A stretch of 29,795 nt of DNA from a virus (Duplodnaviria > Caudoviricetes). Shown here in pieces: positions 1 to 6,754 of this stretch. The notes beneath the pieces are model-generated. The model did not search any database, was not told where the DNA came from, and saw only the letters and a program-made list of their open reading frames with translations. Numbering within the stretch: the stretch's first letter is position 1; every line of letters starts with the position of its first letter. Location of the stretch: positions 1 to 29,795 of IMG/VR virus record IMGVR_UViG_3300032219_001332. One strand, given 5' to 3'. Both the position numbers and the translations under genes were made by a program.

Positions 1-21
1 CAGGAAATCACGCAACAGCAT
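1..21 (-). CDS. 5' end of a leftward gene truncated by the window edge (MLLRDFL...), possibly an integrase/recombinase
   Basis: The minus strand reads AAGGGAGGatttgaaATG CTG TTG CGT GAT TTC CTG, with a strong RBS and its own promoter upstream. Only 7 codons are visible, so the product is inferred from its position divergent from the control region. Confidence 0.4.
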
Positions 22-46
22 TTCAAATCCTCCCTTGTGAACGCGG

Positions 47-74
47 AGTATAGGCATGGTGTACAAACGTACAA
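47..74 (-). promoter_or_regulatory. Leftward sigma70-like promoter TTGTAC-N16-TATACT overlapped by the palindrome TGTAC-N4-GTACA (60-73)
   Basis: Read directly on the minus strand. The 16-nt spacing matches most other promoters in this window. Confidence 0.6.
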
Positions 75-183
75 CCACCATGCCCTCCGCTGGTTGGTCT
101 GTTCAGTATGGTACGGGAGGCTGGGACCGGCCGGCAAATCTGCGCAGACCTGGTGAAATACAGCGGCCTGCGGCTCGCGTAGA

Positions 184-211
184 TTGACTACCTACCGGCT
201 AACGGTAGTAT
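184..211 (+). promoter_or_regulatory. Promoter TTGACT-N16-TAGTAT with operator CTACCG-N5-CGGTAG (192-208)
   Basis: Near-consensus hexamers and a perfect 6-bp inverted repeat that recurs at 786-802. Confidence 0.7.
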
Positions 212-218
212 GGGATGG

Positions 219-485
219 ATGGTCGCAATGCCCTGCAACATCGACGGCGTGGAATACCTCACGATCTCTGAGGCCGTGGACTACATGGGCTGCACCGATG
301 GCTGGGTGCGGATGCTCTGCCGCAAGGGCAAGCTCGACAGCCGCCTGCTCGGGCAGCGGATGCGGCTCGTCAGGAAGAGCTCTGCAACGCACGTCCGCGA
401 CACGCTGACCACCAGGGCCAACGCCAAGCGGCACCTGGCCAAGCGTCCTGCCGCCAAGCGCAAAAAGGCGAAGCGGAAGAAGTAG
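219..485 (+). CDS. Helix-turn-helix DNA-binding protein (excisionase/MerR-like HTH) with a very basic C-terminal tail
   Basis: YLTISEAVDYMGCTDGWVRMLCRKGKL is a typical HTH_17-like pattern. The start was placed at the in-frame ATG 219, 7 nt after the -10 box; 210 and 228 are alternatives. Confidence 0.75.
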   Translation: MVAMPCNIDGVEYLTISEAVDYMGCTDGWVRMLCRKGKLDSRLLGQRMRLVRKSSATHVRDTLTTRANAKRHLAKRPAAKRKKAKRKK

Positions 486-531
486 CGTTTTCCCCGGCTG
501 ACACGCAGCCAAAAAAATCTTTCTCACCCTC

Positions 532-560
532 TTGACGCCCAACTACCGATAGCCTACAGT
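532..560 (+). promoter_or_regulatory. Promoter TTGACG-N17-TACAGT with an operator half-site CTACCG (543-548)
   Basis: Hexamers with 17-nt spacing, preceded by an A-tract resembling an UP element. Confidence 0.6.
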
Positions 561-637
561 ACGCAAGTGGTGGGGCCACCCGGCCTGCCGACAGCTGCGA
601 AACGGGTGGCACTTCTTTCAACGTCACGGAGGACACA

Positions 638-781
638 ATGCCACGCACTTGGAACGCCGCGATCCATTCGCTGCTCTGCATCCGCCTCGGCCAAGAGCTG
701 GGCACTTCGAGCGAGCTGGCGCAGACGATCGCTCACAGCATCGACTTTGCCGTGGGCACACTCGCCAGAATTTTGGGTTGA
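638..781 (+). CDS. Small hypothetical protein, 47 aa (MPRTWNAAIHSLLCIRLGQELGTSSELAQTIAHSIDFAVGTLARILG)
   Basis: Translated by hand. Strong GGAGGA RBS upstream and directly downstream of the 532 promoter. Not in the ORF track. Confidence 0.7.
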   Translation: MPRTWNAAIHSLLCIRLGQELGTSSELAQTIAHSIDFAVGTLARILG

Positions 782-819
782 CGAACTACCGCTAGTCGGT
801 AGCCTATCTACCGCTAGCC
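778..819 (+). promoter_or_regulatory. Promoter TTGACG-N16-TAGCCT with full operator CTACCG-N5-CGGTAG (786-802) and an extra half-site (808-813)
   Basis: Same operator and geometry as at 184-211. Confidence 0.65.
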
Positions 820-870
820 ATCACGCAAAAGCCCTGCACCGCACAAACAAAAAATTTATGGTTCGGCTGA

Positions 871-898
871 TTGACTCCTAAATGAACATGCGTATATT
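871..898 (+). promoter_or_regulatory. Promoter TTGACT-N16-TATATT for the early operon
   Basis: Near-consensus hexamers, upstream A-tract, and downstream RBS AAGGAG (909-914). Confidence 0.65.
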
Positions 899-923
899 CC
901 CCAACCCAAAGGAGAAGCCCCCC

Positions 924-1142
924 ATGCAAAGCCCCCACGAAAACGAATACGCCGGAGCAGTCGCCGGCATGCAGGAAACCTACGGACGCCCCGCGAACCT
1001 GCCCGCCATTGGCGACTTCGTCTCGGGCTGCACCTGCGGCAAGCGGTGGAGCGGCCACGTCATGACCGCCGAGCCTGGACGCCTGGCCGTCGAGGTCAGC
1101 GGCGCGTGGATCGTGGTGAACCCGGAGGACATCACGCACTGA
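924..1142 (+). CDS. Hypothetical protein, 72 aa (small beta-rich, possibly SH3-like C-terminus)
   Basis: AAGGAG RBS before ATG 924; in frame with track ORF 882..1142. Confidence 0.7.
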   Translation: MQSPHENEYAGAVAGMQETYGRPANLPAIGDFVSGCTCGKRWSGHVMTAEPGRLAVEVSGAWIVVNPEDITH

Positions 1143-1151
1143 AACACGGAG

Positions 1152-1216
1152 CCCGGCGGAGCCGGGATTGCCCAGGAAGGGATCGCCCCGGCAAGGCAGG
1201 ACGCGGAGCCGGGATT
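1152..1216 (+). repeat. 14-bp direct repeat GCGGAGCCGGGATT (1156-1169, 1203-1216) forming two CCCGGC/GCCGGG hairpins
   Basis: Seen directly in the intergenic leader of the recombinase gene. Confidence 0.7.
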
Positions 1217-1242
1217 TCACATCGCAGAAAGGGACGCGAACG

Positions 1243-2037
1243 ATGAGCACGGAGATCAGCACACAACGGGCAGTTTCGATGAACGAACTTGCCTCCAACG
1301 GCGAGCACGCGGTTAAAACCGGGATGCTGCCAGACCACATCAAGACCGGCTGGCAGTTTGCGGTGATCGCTGCGACTGGCCACGAATTAGGCATGCAGCC
1401 GATGCGTGCGATCCGGTCTCTTGCCATGGTCAAGGGCAAGGTTGTTGAGTCTGCCGACTCGCAACTGGCTCGGTTTAAAGCGGCTGGAGGCAGGTCACAG
1501 TTTGAGGTGCTTGACGAGTCGCGGGCTGTGCTGCACCTCGTGCACCCCAACGGCGACAAGCACACGGAGAACTTCACGATTGAAGACGCCAAGCGTGCTG
1601 GATTGGCGTCAAACAGCAACTACAGCAAGTTTCCAAAGGCCATGCTTCGCAGCCGAGCGATCACCGCCGGGCTAAAGTCGATCGGTTGGGAGGGCGCTGT
1701 TGGTGCCTACGACCCCGACGAGATCAAGAGCGAGGAGTTTCCGACTCCCGCTGTCACGCACCCCGAGCCGGCGAATGCCCAGACGGCGAAGGCCGAGGAC
1801 ATGGTGAAGGCCCGCAAGGCGATTGCCGCCGCCAAGAGCGTCGAGCGTCTGCGGCAGCATCACGCCACCGTGAGCGAGCGGCTGGACGCTGGCTTCTACA
1901 CCCCAACCCAGGCCAGCGAGTTGGTCGATCTGATCGACACACGCATGGAGCTGATGACGCCGCGCGGCGATGCCTACGAGGACACCGGCAGCGAGCACTT
2001 CGATGCCCAAGAAATCGAAGCGGAGGCCCGCGCATGA
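1243..2037 (+). CDS. RecT/Red-beta-like single-strand annealing protein
   Basis: GHELGMQPMRAI...VKGK...FTIEDAKRAGL...YSKFPKAMLRSRA pattern, acidic C-terminal tail, early-region position. Confidence 0.7.
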   Translation: MSTEISTQRAVSMNELASNGEHAVKTGMLPDHIKTGWQFAVIAATGHELGMQPMRAIRSLAMVKGKVVESADSQLARFKAAGGRSQFEVLDESRAVLHLVHPNGDKHTENFTIEDAKRAGLASNSNYSKFPKAMLRSRAITAGLKSIGWEGAVGAYDPDEIKSEEFPTPAVTHPEPANAQTAKAEDMVKARKAIAAAKSVERLRQHHATVSERLDAGFYTPTQASELVDLIDTRMELMTPRGDAYEDTGSEHFDAQEIEAEARA

Positions 2038-2264
2038 GCACGAACTACCGCCGCGACTTTGAAACCGACGCGGAGTACCTGGCACGCATAGAGCGTGAGG
2101 CACAGAGCAGGGCCACGTTTGAAACGGACATCGGCAAGGTGCTAGATGACGGCCCGCCGTCGCCGTTCATCGTTGACGTGGGCGTTTACACCAGCCGACG
2201 CGACCGAGACGCCATCCAGCGAGAAGAGGACCGCATTACACGTCTGGAACGAATGGGCCGCTAG
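2034..2264 (+). CDS. Hypothetical protein, 76 aa (MSTNYRRDFETDAEYLARIERE...)
   Basis: ATGA overlap with the upstream stop and GGAGG RBS; C-terminal part of track ORF 1686..2264. Confidence 0.7.
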   Translation: MSTNYRRDFETDAEYLARIEREAQSRATFETDIGKVLDDGPPSPFIVDVGVYTSRRDRDAIQREEDRITRLERMGR

Positions 2265-2410
2265 CACACAGCCGGCACGCCATTGCCACCAGCTGCGTTC
2301 GCTTCAGCAGCATTGGCCGCCGAGCGGGAGTGGCGAGTAACCACCGCAGCCGCAGCCCTGCCTCCCAGGGTAATGCGGCCGGATGCGGCACGACACGCCG
2401 CCAATACACA
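2265..2410 (+). ncRNA. Candidate structured cis-regulatory RNA (multi-hairpin intergenic leader)
   Basis: A 158-nt gap in an otherwise overlapping operon containing several stems: GCCGCA-GCCCTG/CAGGGT-TGCGGC (2349-2379), GCGGC/GCCGC (2385-2401), GTGG/CCAC (2330-2344), ATTGGC/GCCAAT (2312-2317/2400-2405). Confidence 0.45.
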
Positions 2411-2422
2411 CGGAGGTGAACG

Positions 2423-2725
2423 GTGTCCGACTACTACGCAGAATCGCTCGACACGCTGCCGCTCTTTCGACGCACCGATCCGGTGACGAGCAAGGCCGCA
2501 GCCGCTGACGCGAAGACGTTCCGAGGCGAGCACCACGCGGCGATCCTCGAGGCGCTGAGCCAAGGCCCGGCCGGGGCCAGTGGCATTGCGGCACGCTGTG
2601 GGCTTGGACCTCACCAGATCGGCAAGAGGCTGCACGAGCTCGCCAAGTGTGGGCGAATCGCGGAGACGGGAAACATCGTCACCAGCGCTAGCGGGCGCGG
2701 CGAAAGGGAATGGAGGGTGGCGTGA
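2423..2725 (+). CDS. Winged-helix DNA-binding protein
   Basis: GGAGGTG RBS and GTG start; RRTDPVTSKAAA motif followed by HTH (ASGIAARCGLGPHQIGKRLHEL) and wing (SASGRGEREW). Confidence 0.7.
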   Translation: MSDYYAESLDTLPLFRRTDPVTSKAAAADAKTFRGEHHAAILEALSQGPAGASGIAARCGLGPHQIGKRLHELAKCGRIAETGNIVTSASGRGEREWRVA

Positions 2726-3537
2726 GCTCCTGGTTCCCGTTCTTTGGCCGCGACTTTCTGACCGCTACGGGCGGCTGGACTGCAGAGGAGCGCGGCCACT
2801 ACATCACGCTGCTGGCGATCCAGTGGGAGCAGGCCGGGCTGCCTGACGATCTGTCTCGCCTCGAGCTGATGACGCCCGGCATTGGCAGGTGCTGGGATTT
2901 GGTTTCGCAGAAGTTTCCCGTGTGGAAGGACGGCAAGCGCCGGAACATCCGCCTGGAGCACGAACGGTCAAAGTCCCACGAACGGAGCGAGCGGGCTCGT
3001 CAGTCTGCCTCCACACGCTGGGCCGTTGGCGACGTGTCAGGCGGTGCCCGTGACACGCCTGAAAAGCCACCAGACATGCCCGAGCAATGCGAACGCATAT
3101 GCCCGAGCATTGCTAGTGCAGATGCTCCCATGTCCATGTCCATGAAGGGTACTTCTTCTTCCGCACACGAGGCCGATTGGCCGAAGCTGCGGGCGGTATG
3201 GAACTCAGGCATTGGCGTGAAGTGGCGGTCATCGCGTCCATCCGACACGGTCAAGGCCGCACTGGCTGAAGAGTGCTGGCTGGAGCACGCCTTTCAGGCA
3301 ATCCAGCACTTGCCGAAGTGCCTGTACTTCAGCGACCCGGTGACGCTCAACCAATTTTGCAAGCCCGGCTTTGTTGACGAGGTGCTGGGCGGAAAGTGGA
3401 ACAACCCGAAGCGGGCCGCCAAGCAAGGGCGTGACTTTGGAAACCAATCGCCGCCGCCGAAGCCATTCACGGGCGAAGTGGCCGAAGCATTTGAGCGCAC
3501 ACGTAGAAAGTTAGCAGCCGCCAAGGAGGGCATATGA
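2722..3537 (+). CDS. DUF1376/YdaU-family replication initiator-like protein
   Basis: N-terminal WFPFFGRDFL...WTAEERGHYITLLAIQW...LPDD...N.RL..E...ARQSASTRW signature; GTGA overlap start. Confidence 0.75.
   Translation: MSSWFPFFGRDFLTATGGWTAEERGHYITLLAIQWEQAGLPDDLSRLELMTPGIGRCWDLVSQKFPVWKDGKRRNIRLEHERSKSHERSERARQSASTRWAVGDVSGGARDTPEKPPDMPEQCERICPSIASADAPMSMSMKGTSSSAHEADWPKLRAVWNSGIGVKWRSSRPSDTVKAALAEECWLEHAFQAIQHLPKCLYFSDPVTLNQFCKPGFVDEVLGGKWNNPKRAAKQGRDFGNQSPPPKPFTGEVAEAFERTRRKLAAAKEGI
3077..3145. repeat. Iteron-like array: four TGC-N4-GCA palindromes followed by three CCATG(T/A) repeats; candidate replication origin
   Basis: TGCCCGAGCA 3077, TGCGAACGCA 3088, TGCCCGAGCA 3100, TGCTAGTGCA 3111; CCATGT CCATGT CCATGA at 3128-3145; lies in the initiator linker. 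Confidence 0.55.
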
Positions 3538-3776
3538 CCACCGCCACCCCAATACGCCCGCTCACGGATCGCCAGCGCGAGATTTACCGCTGGATCGTGG
3601 GCTACATCGCAACGCACGGCTACTCGCCCACGGTGCGCGAGCTGTGCTTAGCGTTCAGGTTCGACTCGCCCAACGGTGCCATGTGCCACTTGCTGCCGCT
3701 TCGGAAGAAAGGCTACCTGGCGTGGAACGAGCGGCAGTCGCGCACGATTCGCCCGCTTGTGGAGGTGGACGCATGA
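3534..3776 (+). CDS. LexA-type DNA-binding-domain-only protein (no peptidase domain)
   Basis: LTDRQREIY..I..YI..HGYSPTVREL...F...SPNG...HL..L.KKGYL.....SRTI is the LexA N-terminal winged helix; the protein ends at 80 aa. Confidence 0.85.
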   Translation: MTTATPIRPLTDRQREIYRWIVGYIATHGYSPTVRELCLAFRFDSPNGAMCHLLPLRKKGYLAWNERQSRTIRPLVEVDA

Positions 3777-3967
3777 GCTGCGAGAACCCGTACGAGCTGC
3801 CGCCCCCGTCGATCGTGGCCGACATGTGCGCTCAGCGTGCGTGGGATGACGAGATTGACGATGACACGCGGCTGCGCCTGGAATTCGCGGCCGACACGAT
3901 CCGGCACCTGATGCAGCGGCTGGTCCGCCAGGCGTTGCACCTAGAACGAGCGGAGGCCACACGATGA
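3773..3967 (+). CDS. Hypothetical protein, 64 aa (MSCENPYELPPPSIVADMC...)
   Basis: ATGA overlap and GGAGG RBS. Confidence 0.7.
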   Translation: MSCENPYELPPPSIVADMCAQRAWDDEIDDDTRLRLEFAADTIRHLMQRLVRQALHLERAEATR

Positions 3968-4104
3968 CTGTGCGCGACTTCGTAATGCTGAGCCTTGGAG
4001 AGATTGTCCTGCTGCTGACGTTCGGCACCGGGATTTTGGTCGGTTGTTCACTCAAAAGAAGGGATTCTTATGGGAACCGCAACGAAGAAACGAACCGGGA
4101 TTGA
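3964..4104 (+). CDS. Small single-pass membrane protein, 46 aa (MTVRDFVMLSLGEIVLLLTFGTGILVGCSLKRRD...)
   Basis: Translated by hand; ATGA overlap, GGAGG RBS, hydrophobic stretch followed by basic residues. Confidence 0.6.
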   Translation: MTVRDFVMLSLGEIVLLLTFGTGILVGCSLKRRDSYGNRNEETNRD

Positions 4105-5173
4105 ACTGGCGGCGTCTGATCTGAAGGCGGCGCTGGCCGCAGTCTCACCGGCTGTGCCCAGCCGCAGCCCGAAGCCGATCTACCAGGCCGTTCGCCTGGG
4201 CGACGGCTTGCTGACGGGATCGGATGGTGAAGTGCGCATCGACGTGACCGTGGAGTACCACGGGGATGCGATCCTGCTGCCACACGGCAGGCTGTCGCAG
4301 ATCCTTGGGGCCGCGACGGGCGACACGGTGACGCTGGAGCCGGGCGAGACGAGCTGCGTGGTGCGGGCGGGCTCGGGCACTTGGACGCTGCCCACGGAGA
4401 ACGCCAGCGAGTACCCGCTGTGGGAGCCGGCCGACGCCAAGCCGGTGACACGGCTGCCGGCGGACCAGTTCGTGCGGGCTGTGCGGGGCGTGGTGTTTGC
4501 CACCGATGACGAGTCCAGCCGGTTCGCCTTGGGGGCCGTGCTGATCGAAGTGCAGGGCGAGACGGTGTCTTTCGTCGCAACGGACGGCCGGCGGCTGTCG
4601 CTCGTGGAGTGCGAGCACGACCTGGCGGTTGATGACTCGCAGACTCTGGTGCCGAGCCGCGTGATGGGCATCCTGTCTCGGCTGGCCCTGGCCGACTCCG
4701 ATGGTTCGATCCAGCTTGAGGCGACCGGCAAAGAGATCGTGGCCACGATCGGCACGGCGACTGTCACGGCACGGCTGATCGAAGGGCGATTCCCCCGGTG
4801 GCGCGACGCGGTGCCGGATCTCGATTGCGAGCCGACCACCGTGCTTGCCGAGCAGCTGCTGGCGGCGGTGAAGGCAGCGGCGATCGTCACCACCGAGGCC
4901 AGCAGGGGCATCGACTTCGCTTTCTCCGACAAGGGGCTGTGGCTGCACGGTAAGAGCAGCGAGGCCGGCGAGTCGAGCGTGACGTGCGAGCTCGTGGAGG
5001 CTGGCACGGCCTGCAGCGTGAAGTTAGACCCGCGATACGTGCGGCAGTGGCTCGAAGGGCTGCCGGCGGACGGCGAGCCCACGGTGAGCGTCCAGGCGAA
5101 GGATGGGCAGTCGGCGGTGATCTTGCGAACGGATTGCCACACGGGCGTGGTCATGCCGATGGCAGCGGAGTGA
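4070..5173 (+). CDS. dnaN: DNA polymerase III beta sliding clamp
   Basis: 367 aa (full clamp length); motifs FATDDESSRFALGAV, VATDGRRLS, RLIEGRFPRW, SSEAGES and terminal VVMPM. Confidence 0.92.
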   Translation: MGTATKKRTGIELAASDLKAALAAVSPAVPSRSPKPIYQAVRLGDGLLTGSDGEVRIDVTVEYHGDAILLPHGRLSQILGAATGDTVTLEPGETSCVVRAGSGTWTLPTENASEYPLWEPADAKPVTRLPADQFVRAVRGVVFATDDESSRFALGAVLIEVQGETVSFVATDGRRLSLVECEHDLAVDDSQTLVPSRVMGILSRLALADSDGSIQLEATGKEIVATIGTATVTARLIEGRFPRWRDAVPDLDCEPTTVLAEQLLAAVKAAAIVTTEASRGIDFAFSDKGLWLHGKSSEAGESSVTCELVEAGTACSVKLDPRYVRQWLEGLPADGEPTVSVQAKDGQSAVILRTDCHTGVVMPMAAE

Positions 5174-5177
5174 CGCC

Positions 5178-5504
5178 ATGCCAATAGTGCGACACGTTGA
5201 CCTAGCGCGGCTGTACCAATTGTGGAACGACCACACGCTGACTCGCGTGCAGATCTCGGAGATGCTTCGCGTCAGCCCGACGCATCTCACGCGGCTCGTG
5301 GCGCGGCACAAGCTGCCGCCACGGCCGCGTGACCGGAACCAGCAAACGCACGACCCCACGCCCGACGAGATTGCACAGCGGGCGGCAGAGTGCCGTGAGC
5401 GGCACTTCGCACAGAGGCGGGCCGAGCCTGACTGCTCGACCACGTCGAAGGTCAGCAAGTGGCGGCGTGGCGTGTGCTGCCCAGCCGGAGGCCGTCACGC
5501 TTGA
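5178..5504 (+). CDS. HTH protein with DPTPxEI motif (paralog of 7734..8093)
   Basis: LW..HTLTRVQISEMLRVSPTHLTRLVARHKLPPR is HTH-like, followed by DPTPDEI. Confidence 0.6.
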   Translation: MPIVRHVDLARLYQLWNDHTLTRVQISEMLRVSPTHLTRLVARHKLPPRPRDRNQQTHDPTPDEIAQRAAECRERHFAQRRAEPDCSTTSKVSKWRRGVCCPAGGRHA

Positions 5505-5525
5505 CGCCGTCGCCATGCTGCGTGC

Positions 5526-5675
5526 ATGGCACCTTGGCTGATCGCACTGACCGGCGGCATCTATCTCGTGGTGGCGGCCGACCTGGCCTTGCACGGCAAG
5601 GTTGGGCTGGCCGTCGCCTACTTGGGGTACAGTTTCGCCAACGTCGGGCTCTACTTTGCGGCGAGGGCATCGTGA
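5526..5675 (+). CDS. Small membrane protein, 49 aa (MAPWLIALTGGIYLVVAADLALHGKVGLAVAYLGYSFANVGLYFAARAS)
   Basis: Translated by hand; two hydrophobic helices; its stop overlaps the RusA start (GTGA). Confidence 0.65.
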   Translation: MAPWLIALTGGIYLVVAADLALHGKVGLAVAYLGYSFANVGLYFAARAS

Positions 5676-6076
5676 ACGCCATCACGTTCAGCGTGCCCGG
5701 CGACCCCGTGCCGCAGCCTCGAGCTCGCGTCTCAACCCGTGGCGGATTCGCTCGGGCTTACGTGCCGCAGAAGCATCCGGTGCATGCGTACCGCCGGGCG
5801 ATTGCTTTCGAGGCGATGAAAGCCGGGGCGACTGCTGGCCGGGGCACAGTGAACGTGGTGATCGACGCCGTGTTCGTGCGGCCCAAGTACCACAAGACGA
5901 AACGAGGCGTGAAGGAAACGGCACCCGAAATCCCACGCCAGGACGTGGACAACGTCGCAAAGGCCGTGCTCGACGCTCTCAACGGCGTGGCTTGGGTCGA
6001 TGACACGCAGGTGCGGCGGCTGGTGGTGGAAAAGTCTTATGGCACGGAGGGCCGAACCACGGTGCGAATCACATGA
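5672..6076 (+). CDS. rusA: RusA-family Holliday junction resolvase
   Basis: VPGDPVPQPRAR N-terminus, catalytic DVDNVAKAVLDALNG..WVDDTQV, terminal K.YG....T.V.I. Confidence 0.9.
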   Translation: MNAITFSVPGDPVPQPRARVSTRGGFARAYVPQKHPVHAYRRAIAFEAMKAGATAGRGTVNVVIDAVFVRPKYHKTKRGVKETAPEIPRQDVDNVAKAVLDALNGVAWVDDTQVRRLVVEKSYGTEGRTTVRIT

Positions 6077-6699
6077 GCGTGGCCATTGTGACCAGCGTGT
6101 CAGCCAACATCGGCGAGATGGCGGCGCTTACCGTCGCCAACAAGTTCGAGTATTGCCTGCGCCACGGATATTCGTTGATCGCGGACAACATGCCGTACGA
6201 GTTGGCAGTGCGCAGCACCAACACGATCTGCGATTACCTAGACCGCTTTGATCTCGTCTGGTGCCTTGATAGCGATGCCGTGATCACGGACATGAGCAAG
6301 CCTGTCCACGAGCTGGCGTGCCTCGGGCCACACATGACAGTCTGCGAAGAGGGCATCGTTGATTGGAATCGGCTGAACTGCGGCAGCACGATCTGGCGCA
6401 ACACGCCAGAGAGCCGGCAGCTGCTCGTGGCAATCTCGGCAGCGGTGAGTCAGTGGGAAAACTTGCCTTGCCAGTGGCAGACGTGGTTGCAATTTGTTGC
6501 CGACAAGCACCCGGAGCTCGTGACGGTTGCCCCGCTGCGGGCGTTTAACTCGTGCGTCTGGAATCGTCCAGCCAACGCACGCGACGAGATCGGCGGGCAC
6601 TGGCAGCCAGGGGACTTCGTCTACCACCCGTGCGGTGTGTTCCCAATAAGCGAACGAATTACATGGATTCAACAAGCGCTATGCCAGGTCATTCGGTGA
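6073..6699 (+). CDS. Glycosyltransferase, GT34 (GMA12/MNN10)-like
   Basis: NKFEYCLRHGY, VWCLDSDAVITD (DxD), LNCGSTIWRNT, FNS, WQPGDFVYH. Confidence 0.8.
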   Translation: MSVAIVTSVSANIGEMAALTVANKFEYCLRHGYSLIADNMPYELAVRSTNTICDYLDRFDLVWCLDSDAVITDMSKPVHELACLGPHMTVCEEGIVDWNRLNCGSTIWRNTPESRQLLVAISAAVSQWENLPCQWQTWLQFVADKHPELVTVAPLRAFNSCVWNRPANARDEIGGHWQPGDFVYHPCGVFPISERITWIQQALCQVIR

Positions 6700-6754
6700 C
6701 ACTGCCCGAGCGACTTGTCTGGCTGTGAAGTGTTTATTCCAGGAGGCACGGAAG

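Noticed and set aside
486-520. GGCTG/CAGCC hairpin after the HTH gene as a terminator
   Set aside because: The stem is only 5 bp and is followed by an A-tract rather than a U-tract on either strand. The A-tract fits better as an UP element of the 532 promoter.
1225-1238. CAGAAAGGGACGCG, 13/14 identical to the right part of the 14197 site
   Set aside because: There is no CGCTMY left arm, so it is not counted as a site. It does show that the right arm may be a general translation-initiation motif, a caveat for the cassette hypothesis.
1168-1242. Upstream extensions in the ORF track (for example 1168, 5459, 8538, 9873, 20775, 22405, 28649 starts)
   Set aside because: Downstream starts have RBSs or stop-start overlaps and coincide with domain beginnings. 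The extensions overlap other genes or regulatory DNA.
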